Assembly (NCBI GenBank): GCA_963719945.1
Contig: CAVRDX010000001.1
Span: 64,001-128,000, forward strand
Length of the DNA stretch: 64,000 bases
Reading direction: 5' to 3'
Source: an uncultured Thermoplasmata archaeon
GTDB taxonomy: Archaea > Thermoplasmatota > Thermoplasmata > UBA10834
This document shows, piece by piece, positions 49,247 to 59,764 of the stretch. Each line of letters opens with the position of its first letter. Position 1 is the first letter of the stretch. The position numbers were made by a program, and so were the translations under genes. Under the pieces are notes generated by a model. That model was not told the origin of the DNA, searched no databases, and worked only from the letters and a program-made list of their open reading frames with translations.

Positions 49247-49630
49247 CTATACCCTTCGGCCCCTTCTTCCGCCTTTCTTCTTGGTTCCATCGTGCGGAAC
49301 GGGTGTGACATCCTCTATCCTGCCTATGCGCAGGCCGGCCCTCGCTAGCCCTCTTATCGCCGCCTGTGCGCCAGGTCCAGGGGAAGTCGATCTGTTCCCT
49401 CCAGGTGCCCTGACTTTGACATGGATGCTATCGATGCCCTTCTCCTTGGCTATGTCGGCCACCTTCTCGGCTGCCTTCATGGCGGCGTATGGTGACGCTT
49501 CATCCTTTGCGGCCTTGACGACCATTCCTCCGGTCGCCTTGGTTATGGTCTCGGCACCGGTGATGTCCGTGACCGTGATTATGATGTTATTGTAGCTCGC
49601 ATAGACATGAGCTATTCCCCATTTGCCCAT
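49247..49630 (-). CDS. rps11: 30S ribosomal protein uS11
   Basis: [32 protein letters not shown]. Confidence 0.98.
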   Translation of the reverse strand: MGKWGIAHVYASYNNIIITVTDITGAETITKATGGMVVKAAKDEASPYAAMKAAEKVADIAKEKGIDSIHVKVRAPGGNRSTSPGPGAQAAIRGLARAGLRIGRIEDVTPVPHDGTKKKGGRRGRRV

Positions 49631-49634
49631 CGAT

Positions 49635-50339
49635 TCACTTCTCCTCTTCTGCGGGTTCATCGGCCTCAACGGCATCGATGTCCGCGCCTTCCTTCTCCTT
49701 CTCCTCCTTCAGCTCTTCCTTGAGGATCTTCTTGAGCTTAGGCTTGGCTACCTTGATCTCGTCCTTCGCCTCTTCCCTCTTGGCCATGGCGGCCTCTCTG
49801 ATCCTCGGGAGGTCTTCCTCCTTTGGTCTGACGGGGTGAAGTTCGTTGGCGATCGGGGAGGTTTCATGATATGTCATCTGGTCCTCCTCGTTCCTCTTGA
49901 CCATGTATCCTGGTATGGTGACCTTCCTGCCGGCGATGGACGCGTGCCCGTGCACGATGAACTGCCTCGCCTGCTTGGGGGTGTACGCCAGCCCCTTCCT
50001 GTATATCAGGGTCTGGAAGCGCCTCGAAAGCACTTCCTCGGTGTTGAGCGCAAGAACGTCATTGAGTGTGGCCTCGGGTGGAAGCAACGCCAACCTCGCG
50101 CATCGCGCAAGCAGCTGCTTCGTCTCTATCTCGGCCTGTTTGTCCCCGGTCCTCAGCCTCGCCTGGAGATCCCTGCTCTGAGTCCTGAGCCTCCTCACGA
50201 GTGACTGGGCACGCCAGAGCTCCCTCTTGTTTTTGAGGCCGTACTTCATGATCAAGTCGTTTTCCGCCTTGATCCGCTCCCCTTCCCATGGATGGGATGG
50301 GGTTTCATACTTCTTCTTTGAAAATTTAGGATCGCCCAT
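49635..50339 (-). CDS. rps4: 30S ribosomal protein uS4 with charged C-terminal extension
   Basis: [34 protein letters not shown]. Confidence 0.97.
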   Translation of the reverse strand: MGDPKFSKKKYETPSHPWEGERIKAENDLIMKYGLKNKRELWRAQSLVRRLRTQSRDLQARLRTGDKQAEIETKQLLARCARLALLPPEATLNDVLALNTEEVLSRRFQTLIYRKGLAYTPKQARQFIVHGHASIAGRKVTIPGYMVKRNEEDQMTYHETSPIANELHPVRPKEEDLPRIREAAMAKREEAKDEIKVAKPKLKKILKEELKEEKEKEGADIDAVEADEPAEEEK

Positions 50340-50347
50340 CAGTCACA

Positions 50348-50924
50348 CTACTCCTTAGCTGGAGCCGCGGCGGGGCTCTCCTTCTTTCTCATGACACCCA
50401 TGGTCATTCCGGTCCTGCCATTCGCTCTCGACCTCTGGCCCCGGACTTTCTGACCCTGTTCATGTCTTATGCCCTTGTAGCATCTGATCATTCTCATGAC
50501 ATTGATGTCGTCCCTTCTGTAGAGGTCGACGTCGATTCCAACCAGGTGTAGGTCCGCGCCCGAGGACCAGTCGTTCTGTCTGTTGGTCATCCAGTGCGGT
50601 ACCTTCTCCGAGTATTCGGTTATGAGCTTCTCGAGTTCGGCCGTCTTCTCCTCTGGGAGATCGCCGATCTTGACAGTTCTTCGGTATGCCTGCCATCCTG
50701 GCGATGATCTCAGCCGTTCTAAGGCCAATGCCCTTGACGGCTGTCAGCGCGATGACGATGTCCTTCCTGCCATCCGCGTCGGTGTTCACCAGTCTAACTA
50801 TGTACCTGAAATTCTCGTCCCTCTTCTCCTTGTCAACTGAGGGCTTCTTTTCGGCCTTAGACTCGGCCTGCTTACTCTTCTCCTTCTTTTCACCCTTCTG
50901 CTTGGGTTCTTTCTGTTCTGGCAA
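50348..50924 (-). CDS. rps13: 30S ribosomal protein uS13, split by a +1 frameshift near 50681
   Basis: FRYIVRL.NTD.DG...GIG in one frame, KIGDL...YKGIRHEQGQKVRGQR in the next; TTG start behind GGAGGT. Confidence 0.93.
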
Positions 50925-51098
50925 ACAGCGACCTCCACGGTAGCATGGCTCTAAACCGGCTGTTCCGGTCCCCAGACCAATCAATATGCATAGTCTGGAG
51001 AGCAAATCCCCCACACACTAAGGTGTATAAAACATTTATGCTCGCGCACTCTGGCCGGTTAGGTACTTGCGCAGACATGCCAGCATATCCTTGACGGG

Positions 51099-51933
51099 TC
51101 ATCGTTCCTGCCTTTTCCTTCCCGCTTCGTCGATGGCCCTCGCCGCCTCCGATGTCGCATGGTCCAAACTGACTGGTATGGATCGGAAGTCATAGCCCAT
51201 GCCCTTTAGCCTGGAGAACAGTTTCGAGAGTGGCGGCAACTCTATGCCTGCATGCTCGAGCATGTCCTTCCTGTGTGCCAGGTCTGTCAAGGTCCCATCG
51301 AACATGACCGATCTATTTATGACTATCACACGGTCCGCGAGGTCCGCCACAGCTTCCAGGTCGTGTGTGGCCATCAGCATCGTTCTCTTCATGCCCTTCA
51401 GGAGACCTATCAGGTCAGATCTGGCTTTTGGGTCCAATCCCGAGGTGGGCTCGTCCAGGAGGAGTATGGCCGGCTCCATCGCCAATACCCCGGCGATCGC
51501 CACCCTCTTCTTCATGCCATGGCTGAGCCTGTGTGGCACCCGCTTCCCTAGGTCCTCTGTGCCAGTGCTCCTAAGAGCCTTCGTCACTCTTCCTTGTATA
51601 TCGCCGAGGCCCAGGTTCTGGGGACCGAAAGCGACGTCTTCCTCGACCGTGGGCATGAATATCTGATCATCTGGATCCTGGAACAGCATGCCTAAATGCC
51701 TTCTCACTCTGTCCTCGTTTCTATCCTCCAGAACATCACCGTTCACGACGACCTTTCCTGTGAACGGGGTTCTGAAGCCTGCAATCAGGCTGAACAGCGT
51801 CGATTTCCCCGCACCGTTGGGGCCTATTATTGCCACCTTCTCGCCGGGCTCGACCTTGAATGATATCTCCTTCAATCGCCGGGGTTCCGTCCTCGTATGA
51901 GAACGACAGTCCGTCTATCTCAAGTATGTTCAT
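51099..51933 (-). CDS. cbiO: ECF transporter ATPase (CbiO/NikO), split by a +1 frameshift near 51876
   Basis: LSFSYEDGTPA|LKEISF junction; GPNGAGKST, FQDPDDQ, LSHGMKKRVAIAG. Confidence 0.9.
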
Positions 51934-52685
51934 GTGAACGCCCCCAGCTGGAATGTCATTAGAAGGCCGGAAACGACCGCGAACCATGCGATGAATGCGA
52001 GGTCTGCCGCTGCGAGCCTGGTCCGCTTCCATGTCTTCAGATCGAAATTAAAGCCCCTCATCTTCAATCCTTCATATCCCTTCTCTGCCCTGTCGGATGC
52101 CCTGACGAACACCATCCCTGCGGTGTAGCCGATTATCTTCAGGCCTCTCAGGTCGAATAGGCTCTTTCCGCCCGAGAAACCCCTCGCCTTCCTGGCCGTC
52201 TTCATCCTGCCGAGCTCATCGGCCATCAGCACTATGTACTTGTATGTCAGCATCAACAGGGTCGAGATGATCTTCGGAACACCCAGCCTCCTCAGCCCCG
52301 CGAACAGTTGGAGGCTCTCGGTGGCGCTGGCAAGCACCAGGAGCGCGATGACGCAGGCGCTCGTCCTCGCCCACATGCCTATTCCACGGTCGATCCCGGC
52401 AAATAGGAATACGGATACTGAAGCTATCAGGATGAACGGCAAGGCTCCGGCATATGCTTTGATCAGGTGTCTGGCGGGGACCTGGCTGAATGCTGCGAAT
52501 ATGATCGAGAGCGCAAGAGCTGCGAATATCAGCTCCGTGACTGTCAGCATAGCTGAGACCGTCACGAACACGACTACGCCGATTATCTTCGCGCGCGCAT
52601 CGAGTTTCCCCATCCAGCTGGCTCTCGCATGCTCGTCGAGCTCATCGGTCCGTGTATGGTGTCCTCGAACATGCCCTACGATCAT
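51930..52685 (-). CDS. cbiQ: ECF transporter T component (CbiQ/NikQ)
   Basis: LDARAK, YKYI, ARKARG, RA.DRAE..Y...MRG. Confidence 0.92.
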   Translation of the reverse strand: MIVGHVRGHHTRTDELDEHARASWMGKLDARAKIIGVVVFVTVSAMLTVTELIFAALALSIIFAAFSQVPARHLIKAYAGALPFILIASVSVFLFAGIDRGIGMWARTSACVIALLVLASATESLQLFAGLRRLGVPKIISTLLMLTYKYIVLMADELGRMKTARKARGFSGGKSLFDLRGLKIIGYTAGMVFVRASDRAEKGYEGLKMRGFNFDLKTWKRTRLAAADLAFIAWFAVVSGLLMTFQLGAFT

Positions 52686-52691
52686 CTGTGC

Positions 52692-53687
52692 TCATTCCGC
52701 CGCTCTGCCGATTTTGAATATGTTCAGCAATCCTAAGCCGACCAATGCTGTCGCCACGAAGCCCAGGATGCCTGCGAACAGGGCAGCGAAATAGGTCTCG
52801 CCGTATTCGAAAGGTGAGGTCAGCACGGCATCTCCCTCGTCCACGCCCGCGTCCTCCATCGTCTTCTCGAGCCCATCCGCACCCTCGCTCGAGTACATGA
52901 AGTACAGTGGGAGTGCCAGAGCGAACACTATCAGCACCGCTACGGTCGCTTGGGCTATCTTGGATGTCATGATGCCTTTGAGTCCGGGTACAGCCACCTT
53001 CTTTTCAGATAATGATCTGAACGCGTTGGGGGATACGCTGAGCACATAGGCCGCGACAGCTACGGTTATTATTGCCTCGCCTATCGCTATTATCACATGG
53101 TAGCCGAGCATCGCGGGGATGGAAACAGTCGCGGCTATGCCGTATGCGCCATCGGATATCGCATAGCTGACTGCCAGCTCAGCAGCGCAGGCAGATGCGG
53201 AGACAAATACGGACGCCCATGCGCCCACGCCTATAGCGATGGCTGTGCCGAGGTTCATCTTTCCATGTTTGGTAGCGCCCTTGAGACCGGCCAGGAATGG
53301 CTGGACAAGTGTGTAGACTCCCCATCCCGTCAATGGAGCTATGATGGCCATATTGGTGGCGTTGAGCCCGAAAGCAGTGATGCCTCCATCTCCGAACATC
53401 AGAGCCTGTATCAACAGGATGACCGTCATGCCGACCATCGCGATGACTGGTCCTGCCAGGATCGCGAACAGAGCAGCGCCCACCAAGTGGCCGGTTGTGC
53501 CGCCACCTATCGGGAAGTTGAGCATCTGAGCCACGAATATCCCTGCCGAGAGGACTGCTATCCTCGGGAGGTCCTTCTCTTTGAATTTCTTCCCGGATAT
53601 CAGTAGTGCGACTGCGATCACGACCATGAATTCAATCCAGCCGATGGCTGAAACCATCGGATCCATCAAACCGTCTGGTATGTGCAT
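52692..53687 (-). CDS. cbiM: ECF S component CbiM/NikM fused to PDGLE (NikN-like) domain
   Basis: MHIPDG N-terminus, GTTGHL.G, GDGGITA.G.N, C-terminal ADGLE. Confidence 0.92.
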   Translation of the reverse strand: MHIPDGLMDPMVSAIGWIEFMVVIAVALLISGKKFKEKDLPRIAVLSAGIFVAQMLNFPIGGGTTGHLVGAALFAILAGPVIAMVGMTVILLIQALMFGDGGITAFGLNATNMAIIAPLTGWGVYTLVQPFLAGLKGATKHGKMNLGTAIAIGVGAWASVFVSASACAAELAVSYAISDGAYGIAATVSIPAMLGYHVIIAIGEAIITVAVAAYVLSVSPNAFRSLSEKKVAVPGLKGIMTSKIAQATVAVLIVFALALPLYFMYSSEGADGLEKTMEDAGVDEGDAVLTSPFEYGETYFAALFAGILGFVATALVGLGLLNIFKIGRAAE

Positions 53688-53700
53688 CTCATCTTCTCCC

Positions 53701-53728
53701 GTAATACATTTTGTTAATTTCGTAATAC
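53701..53728. promoter_or_regulatory. Putative NikR operator
   Basis: GTAATA-N16-TAATAC, same 28-bp geometry as the GTATGA-N16-TCATAC NikR box, between divergent nikR and cbiM. Confidence 0.75.
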
Positions 53729-53815
53729 CGAATTGCGACGAAGTATTTATCTGTTCGCAAGCGCGCGCATCCACGCAGGCGAATCATTATGTCGCACCTT
53801 CCCAATCCAAGGGCG

Positions 53816-54229
53816 ATGGCCAGGAAGGAAAGGGTGTCTCTCAGCATAGAAAGCGATCTGATCAAGGAGTTCGATTCGATAGCCAACGGTCTGGGCCATC
53901 CGACGCGCTCAAAAGCCGTTGGCGAAGCCATGAGGGAGTTCGTCGCAAAGAAGAAGTGGGACATGGCTGGGAAAGGCATCGTGCCAGGGGTCATACTGGT
54001 GACATACGATCATCACTCTCGAGGAGTCAACAACGCCCTGACCGAACTCCAGCACGACTATCCTGATGTCGTAAACGCGACGATGCACGTCCACCTGTCG
54101 AAGCACACATGCCTCGAGGTGATAGCCTTCAAGGGGGAGGCCGACCGTGTCCGGTCTTTGGCGAGGACTCTGCAGTCTCAGAAGGGTGTCCTCGATCTCA
54201 AATTGATTTCCGCCCCATCATCTAGATGA
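53816..54229 (+). CDS. nikR: Nickel-responsive regulator NikR
   Basis: RVSLSI...L...FD, RS.A...AMR, YDHH, HVHL...CLEVI. Confidence 0.95.
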   Translation: MARKERVSLSIESDLIKEFDSIANGLGHPTRSKAVGEAMREFVAKKKWDMAGKGIVPGVILVTYDHHSRGVNNALTELQHDYPDVVNATMHVHLSKHTCLEVIAFKGEADRVRSLARTLQSQKGVLDLKLISAPSSR

Positions 54230-54324
54230 ATTACATGGGTTGAACTAAAACGGTGCAACTGATTGCATACTGACCATGTTCTGTTCAATCATCGTTGAAT
54301 CAAATAGTGGATGGGCTTCGGTCC

Positions 54325-54918
54325 TCAATGGCCCCCTATGAGTATGAGTACGATAGCCGTCCCAAGCCCTGCTATCACGAACCTCAAGCCTGTGTAGACA
54401 ATCATCTCTTTGATCAGGCTGCCGAGGTATGCGCCGAGGAAGAACAGGAAGCAGAGCGTGACGATCGTTCCGGTCACGACCGCTTCATCGAGGGTCATGA
54501 AGAAGAACGGAATCAGAGGGACGAAAGCGGCCAAGAGCGGGGCGATCCCATGCACCAACGCGCTCACGGCTATGCTCACGTTCATCGCATCCTTCCTCGT
54601 GCCCTCCACATTGCTGAGCATGGCCTTCTCAAGGTTCTTGTGGCTGAGCATATGCTCGACCCTCTCAGCCTCATAGGCCCCCACCGCGCTTGACACGGCA
54701 AGCGCGACACCGGCCGCCAGGCCAGTGGCCAATATCAGTTGCTGCGCGATCTCCGGATGCACGCCTGTCTCAGCAGCATACGCCCCCAAGATGACCCCTA
54801 GAATAGTCAAAGCGCCATCGAACGCACCTATGACGAAGTATCTCCTGGCGATAGAGCCTGACTTCGTCAGCTCGAAATGGAACCTCATCCTTTTCAGCGA
54901 TTCAGAGAATCTTGACAT
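54325..54918 (-). CDS. VIT1/CCC1 family membrane protein
   Basis: RRYFVIGAFDGALT, GAYEAE..E, PLIPFF. Confidence 0.88.
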   Translation of the reverse strand: MSRFSESLKRMRFHFELTKSGSIARRYFVIGAFDGALTILGVILGAYAAETGVHPEIAQQLILATGLAAGVALAVSSAVGAYEAERVEHMLSHKNLEKAMLSNVEGTRKDAMNVSIAVSALVHGIAPLLAAFVPLIPFFFMTLDEAVVTGTIVTLCFLFFLGAYLGSLIKEMIVYTGLRFVIAGLGTAIVLILIGGH

Positions 54919-54925
54919 CTGTCAC

Positions 54926-57622
54926 TCACTCTTTCTCCAGGGCTTCCTTGGCCGAAGCGACCGCAGAATCGAGCGCCTCCTCGATCCTGGTCGTCTCAGG
55001 TCCACCACCCTGGGCGAAATCTGGTTTGCCCCCTCCGGAGCCGCCGACCATCTCCATGGTCTTCTTTATCAGAGGTCTGCAGTCCATGGCCACGTCCTCG
55101 CTCCTGGCTATCACGATCTTCGCGCCACCCTGGTCCGATCCCAACACAGCAACCGTCTTGGGTTGTGCGATCAACTGCTTCGCCAGACTGACCAGGTGCT
55201 TCATGTCCTCCGACTGCAGGTGTCTGATGATCCTGATCCCATTGACCTGTAATGCCTTCTTGACAAGGTCCTCGACCGTCTCGCCGACGAGCCCCTTCTT
55301 TACGGAATCCAACTCCTTCCTCAGCTCCTTCCAATCGGCTACGAGCTTGTCTACCGCCTCGGACATGTTCTCTGGGCTGGAGTTGAGTTTGACGCTGACA
55401 TCTCTGACCTCGTTCCAGACGGACATCATCTTCTCGATCGATGCCATGCCCGCAGTGAACTCCACCCTCACGACGCCATCCTGGATGCGTTTCGTGCCCA
55501 GGATCTTGATCGCTCCTACCTCGAGCGTATTCTTGCAGTGTATGCCGCCGCACGCCTCGACGTCGAAGTCTCCGATCTTCACAACTCTGAGCTCCTTGCC
55601 GGGAACAGCACCTCCCTGGTACAGCCTGAACCCGTGCCTCTTCTCCGCAAGCGTCCTTTCCATGAACGAGCTCTGGACCTTGGTCCCCGATAGGACGGTC
55701 TCGTTGGCTATCGTCTCGATCTTCTCGAGCTCATCCTTTGTAAGGTCGGCGTAGTGTGTGATGTCCAGTCTGGCTGCGTCAGAAGCTTTGTGCGCTCCTG
55801 TCTGCCATATATGGTTGCCGAGAACGCTCCTCGCTGCACCGTTTATTATGTGCGTGGCGGTGTGATGGCGCTGGAGTCGTCTCCTCCTTTTCTCGTCTAT
55901 CGTGCATGTGATCAGCTTGCCTACCTTGGCCTGCATCTCGCCTTCGACCTTGTGGACGACTACGTTGCCTATCTTGTCGACATGGACGACCTTCATGTCC
56001 TTCATGGTGCCAGTATCGCTTTCCTGGCCCCCGCTCTCCGCGTAGAAACAGGTCTTGTCGAGTACGACGAGATCGTTCACTATCGCGAGGACCTTCGCCC
56101 TGAACTTGTATTTGTACGGATCCTTGAAGAACAGCTGCTTGGTTGCAGGAAGGTCCTTGGGAAGCTGCACCCCGGCAATTACCTCCTCAATATCCTTCGT
56201 CTTGGCGTGTCTAGCTGCCACACGCTTGTAGAAGTCGTCTGGGACGTCCACCTTGGAGTTGGCAAATTCTGCCACCACCTCGGGATTGAGTCCATGTGAG
56301 TCGTATAGCTCGATCAGTTCCGCATCGGAGATCCCTTTGCCTTCCTTATGGAGCGATTCCTCGAGCCGTTTGACGATGCTCTTCCCCTTGACCAGCGTCT
56401 CATGATACTTGTCTTGCTCGACATCCACCAACTTCAGTATCTCGTCCTTGTTCTCCTTGAGGTCTGGGAAGTCCTTGGAGAAATAATCCACTTGTAGTGC
56501 CACTATCTCGGACAGCTTCTCCTCGATGCCCAGCTGAGACATCTCACGGAGCGCGCGTCTCACGAGCAACCGTCCGAAGTATCCCTGCCTAACATTCGAG
56601 GGCACGACGCCGTCGCTGAGCATGAACATGAGCGCCCTGGTATGGTCGCATATCACGTACATGCTCTCGAAGGGTTTGATGAACCTCATGAAATCGTCAA
56701 CGTTCATACCTAGTCTGGCCGCGGTGTCAGCTCTGAGTTCCCTCACATCGGCTGCGGTCTCGATCTTCAGAGATCCCGCGACCTTCGAGTACTCGGCCAA
56801 TGCCTTGTCATCCACTTTTGTGCCAGAGAGTTCCTTGAGCTTGCCGAGCACGGATCCGAAAACGGCCTCGTACGCGGATGGTGTACCCTGGGACATCCAG
56901 GTGAGTCTCTCAAGACCGTATCCTGTGTCTACCACTTGCATGTCGAGTGGTTTCAGATTACCGTTCTCTGTGGCGTAAGCCATGAACACGAGCGTGGCGA
57001 CCTCCACTCCGCCGAGAAGGACTTCAAGGCATGGTCCGGCATTGCCTCCTCCCTCCCACCAGGCCTCAGAATAGTTGACCGCCTTGGGATCGAGTCCCTG
57101 GACCTTTGTGAGGAACTCGTGGCAGAGCTCCGTCGTACGGTCCTTCCAGTAGACTTCTTTCCCCTTCTTGTTGAAGACGTGGTGTGCCATCATCTCGAAC
57201 ATGGTGAGATGAGAGCCCGTCTTGCCCACATTGTCGATATCGTTGAATCTGACGCAGGTCTGTGATATGCCCAAGGGGTTCGCTGGCGGCTCGACCACTC
57301 CCTGTATGACCCACGGCTGGAACCCATAGATGCTCGCCTGTGTGAAGAATACATCATCTCTCCATCTGGCAGTGATCGGATACCTGCCGATTCTCGTGTG
57401 CCCCTCCTTCTCTAGGAAAGACAGGAAGCTCTCCCGCATCTCATGGACGCTGAGCTTCTCCTTGAAGAGAGGTTTGCCGATGAATGTGTATTCGACGCAA
57501 GGCGCCTCGCCGCATGTCTCGCTGTCCCCCAGGGTCCAGTAGAACTTGCCACACTTCTTGCATTGCTTCCGCTGGAAGCCGTTGCTCTTGAAGAACTCGA
57601 GCTCGTAATCCTTGGGTTCCAT
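54926..57622 (-). CDS. alaS: Alanyl-tRNA synthetase
   Basis: RFNDIDNVG, FEMMAHH, DTGYGLER, HTATH, CGGIH, GGGKPDFAQGGG. Confidence 0.98.
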   Translation of the reverse strand: MEPKDYELEFFKSNGFQRKQCKKCGKFYWTLGDSETCGEAPCVEYTFIGKPLFKEKLSVHEMRESFLSFLEKEGHTRIGRYPITARWRDDVFFTQASIYGFQPWVIQGVVEPPANPLGISQTCVRFNDIDNVGKTGSHLTMFEMMAHHVFNKKGKEVYWKDRTTELCHEFLTKVQGLDPKAVNYSEAWWEGGGNAGPCLEVLLGGVEVATLVFMAYATENGNLKPLDMQVVDTGYGLERLTWMSQGTPSAYEAVFGSVLGKLKELSGTKVDDKALAEYSKVAGSLKIETAADVRELRADTAARLGMNVDDFMRFIKPFESMYVICDHTRALMFMLSDGVVPSNVRQGYFGRLLVRRALREMSQLGIEEKLSEIVALQVDYFSKDFPDLKENKDEILKLVDVEQDKYHETLVKGKSIVKRLEESLHKEGKGISDAELIELYDSHGLNPEVVAEFANSKVDVPDDFYKRVAARHAKTKDIEEVIAGVQLPKDLPATKQLFFKDPYKYKFRAKVLAIVNDLVVLDKTCFYAESGGQESDTGTMKDMKVVHVDKIGNVVVHKVEGEMQAKVGKLITCTIDEKRRRRLQRHHTATHIINGAARSVLGNHIWQTGAHKASDAARLDITHYADLTKDELEKIETIANETVLSGTKVQSSFMERTLAEKRHGFRLYQGGAVPGKELRVVKIGDFDVEACGGIHCKNTLEVGAIKILGTKRIQDGVVRVEFTAGMASIEKMMSVWNEVRDVSVKLNSSPENMSEAVDKLVADWKELRKELDSVKKGLVGETVEDLVKKALQVNGIRIIRHLQSEDMKHLVSLAKQLIAQPKTVAVLGSDQGGAKIVIARSEDVAMDCRPLIKKTMEMVGGSGGGKPDFAQGGGPETTRIEEALDSAVASAKEALEKE

Positions 57623-57753
57623 CCAGGTTCTGGATGAGTCTTCAGAATATAACGGTTTTCGTCCTGGGATGCGCAGGGGGGCCTTCGATCAATTATTGGG
57701 CAACCCAGACGGGGTTATATAGCGATGAGTTGTTCGATTCGATTGGTTTGTGG

Positions 57754-59736
57754 ATGGAGTCGAAATCTGTTCGTATTGAGGTGCTCCCAATTCTGGGAGC
57801 TACATTATGTCTGGTCGCACTCGCATTCTTCAAATGGGAGGAGCGAGGGGAATTCTATGACGGAACGGGTTTCTCCGTACTTTACTCGGATTTCCTCCCT
57901 TCAATCGTATTGATTGTGCTTGCTGGAGCCGTGATTTCGTATGTCAATTCCGTCGGCTGGATAGCGATATGCGGCGGCGTTTCGATCTATTACATCCACG
58001 CGACATCGGTTTCCGATTGGCTGATCACAAACTCTTATGAAAATCACATGTCTCCAACGAGCCTCGGCCCTCTTCTGGCGACATTGGCTGGATTCACCGT
58101 GCTGATAGGGTTTTTCAGGCCAGTATCACTGTGTCTGCCTATTCGCTACCATGAGATTCGCTTCAGGATCCTTTCAATCATTCCACATGATACCCATCGA
58201 GATACGTCTCGAGGCCCAGGTAGCCATAGGTTTCATCATCTCGTCGAAAGGGTGAACCTCCTTAGCATTGCTGGCGCCTTCATTGGATTGCTATCACTGA
58301 CGTTCATATGGGCCAGATATCGCATAATTGAAGATGGGAGGGATATGACACAATGGTTTGTCTTGAAGTCAGATACTGACCTATACTCGTCTTTGGGCAA
58401 TCTATTATTCAATTCAATGGGCTCGTATGATTCGATTTGGTTGCATGTCAGTGGATGGTGTGTTCTGGTTGGGTCGTTGATGGCACTATTCACAATCATT
58501 GGTGGAACCGTTCAGCTGCTCGGAGCATCGATATTTGCATTGGATTTTGCGAATTCTCAATCCATTTATCCTATCCCAGACAGCACTCGCTATGTTGGTG
58601 ATCCCGCATTCGGCCTGGGGCTGTATCTCTGCTACATCGGAGGCATACTCGTGATATCTTCCGCCGTGCTAATGTGGGTTGGTCGATCTCACAACCAGTC
58701 TCTCTCACGCAGTCCTTTGACCTTTGCCATCATCCCTAGAAACGAACCTTCTCAATTACAGACAGGACCCTCTATCCGTGGAGTGCGTGCCCCTGTGAAT
58801 GTCAATATTCTATGTCTTCTTGGGGCCGCCCTGGCCATCTCGTCCTTGTTTCAGGCATGGATTGTGCGAAACGACATTTCATACATCCCACTTTCTATCT
58901 TCCATCTACCACTTGTTCTATTTGGCCTGGATTTTCTCATACCATTTGTGATACTCTTCATGATCGGTGCAGCATTCTCCTTGCTTTCTCCTATCGGAGG
59001 TTTCGTGCAATTAATTGGGTTGATCGGATTCGCGATGATGATGTCTTCTGGATACGATGACGCTGATTTGCACATCGGATATGGCTTCCTGATCGCGATA
59101 TTCGCCTGCGCATTCACCATAATGAGCGGGTTCGTTGTCCTCGAGAAACAGATTCCAAATTCGAAGATCCCGTTGTTGTCATCTCTTGCCACTGTAGGCG
59201 CGTCCGACCTCAAATCTGAGGCTGGAAGGACTGTATCGAGGGTGAAGTTGCATATGTCCAGATACTCTATGAGAGGTCTAAGAGTCAATGCCCTCTGTCT
59301 CATTGGTGCAATCATCGGTCTTCTCGCGCTCTCTCTGGATTGGTCATCCCTGTCCCTTGGCAACGTTGGATTCAGCGATAGCCCACTTTGGGTGTTTGAA
59401 AGCTCACTACGCTCGTATTCGATTACCGTATTCTTATCCCATTTCTGGTTCGCAATACCATTTGCCATGGGCGTGTTGATCGCATTCTACTCTCCTATCG
59501 GAGGACTTTTGGAGGGAGCAGGATTGCTTCTATTCCTTGAAGAATTCCGATTTCATTCATATGCATATTCAGGTATACCGACCTACACTACATTCTCCAT
59601 CGGGTTCACACTTGCTGTGATGTCATTCATACTAGTGATATCCTCAATCGTGTTCCCGTACGGCCTAGCCAAGAAGGATACTCATCCATGGTTCCTTGAC
59701 CGATTATTCGTGTGGAGGATTTCGAATGTGGGATGA
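57754..59736 (+). CDS. Polytopic membrane protein made of four ~160-aa 4-TM repeats
   Basis: Repeated VN.LC..GA..G..SL...W, SPIGG..QL.G, G.Y/F.L motifs; TTATATA promoter near 57715. Confidence 0.75.
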   Translation: MESKSVRIEVLPILGATLCLVALAFFKWEERGEFYDGTGFSVLYSDFLPSIVLIVLAGAVISYVNSVGWIAICGGVSIYYIHATSVSDWLITNSYENHMSPTSLGPLLATLAGFTVLIGFFRPVSLCLPIRYHEIRFRILSIIPHDTHRDTSRGPGSHRFHHLVERVNLLSIAGAFIGLLSLTFIWARYRIIEDGRDMTQWFVLKSDTDLYSSLGNLLFNSMGSYDSIWLHVSGWCVLVGSLMALFTIIGGTVQLLGASIFALDFANSQSIYPIPDSTRYVGDPAFGLGLYLCYIGGILVISSAVLMWVGRSHNQSLSRSPLTFAIIPRNEPSQLQTGPSIRGVRAPVNVNILCLLGAALAISSLFQAWIVRNDISYIPLSIFHLPLVLFGLDFLIPFVILFMIGAAFSLLSPIGGFVQLIGLIGFAMMMSSGYDDADLHIGYGFLIAIFACAFTIMSGFVVLEKQIPNSKIPLLSSLATVGASDLKSEAGRTVSRVKLHMSRYSMRGLRVNALCLIGAIIGLLALSLDWSSLSLGNVGFSDSPLWVFESSLRSYSITVFLSHFWFAIPFAMGVLIAFYSPIGGLLEGAGLLLFLEEFRFHSYAYSGIPTYTTFSIGFTLAVMSFILVISSIVFPYGLAKKDTHPWFLDRLFVWRISNVG

Positions 59737-59764
59737 TTGCCGCCTTATCTCGCCAGGGGGACCG

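Noticed and set aside
50348-50924. rps13 as a true pseudogene
   Set aside because: Essential gene in an intact operon with only one extra base; sequence error is more plausible.
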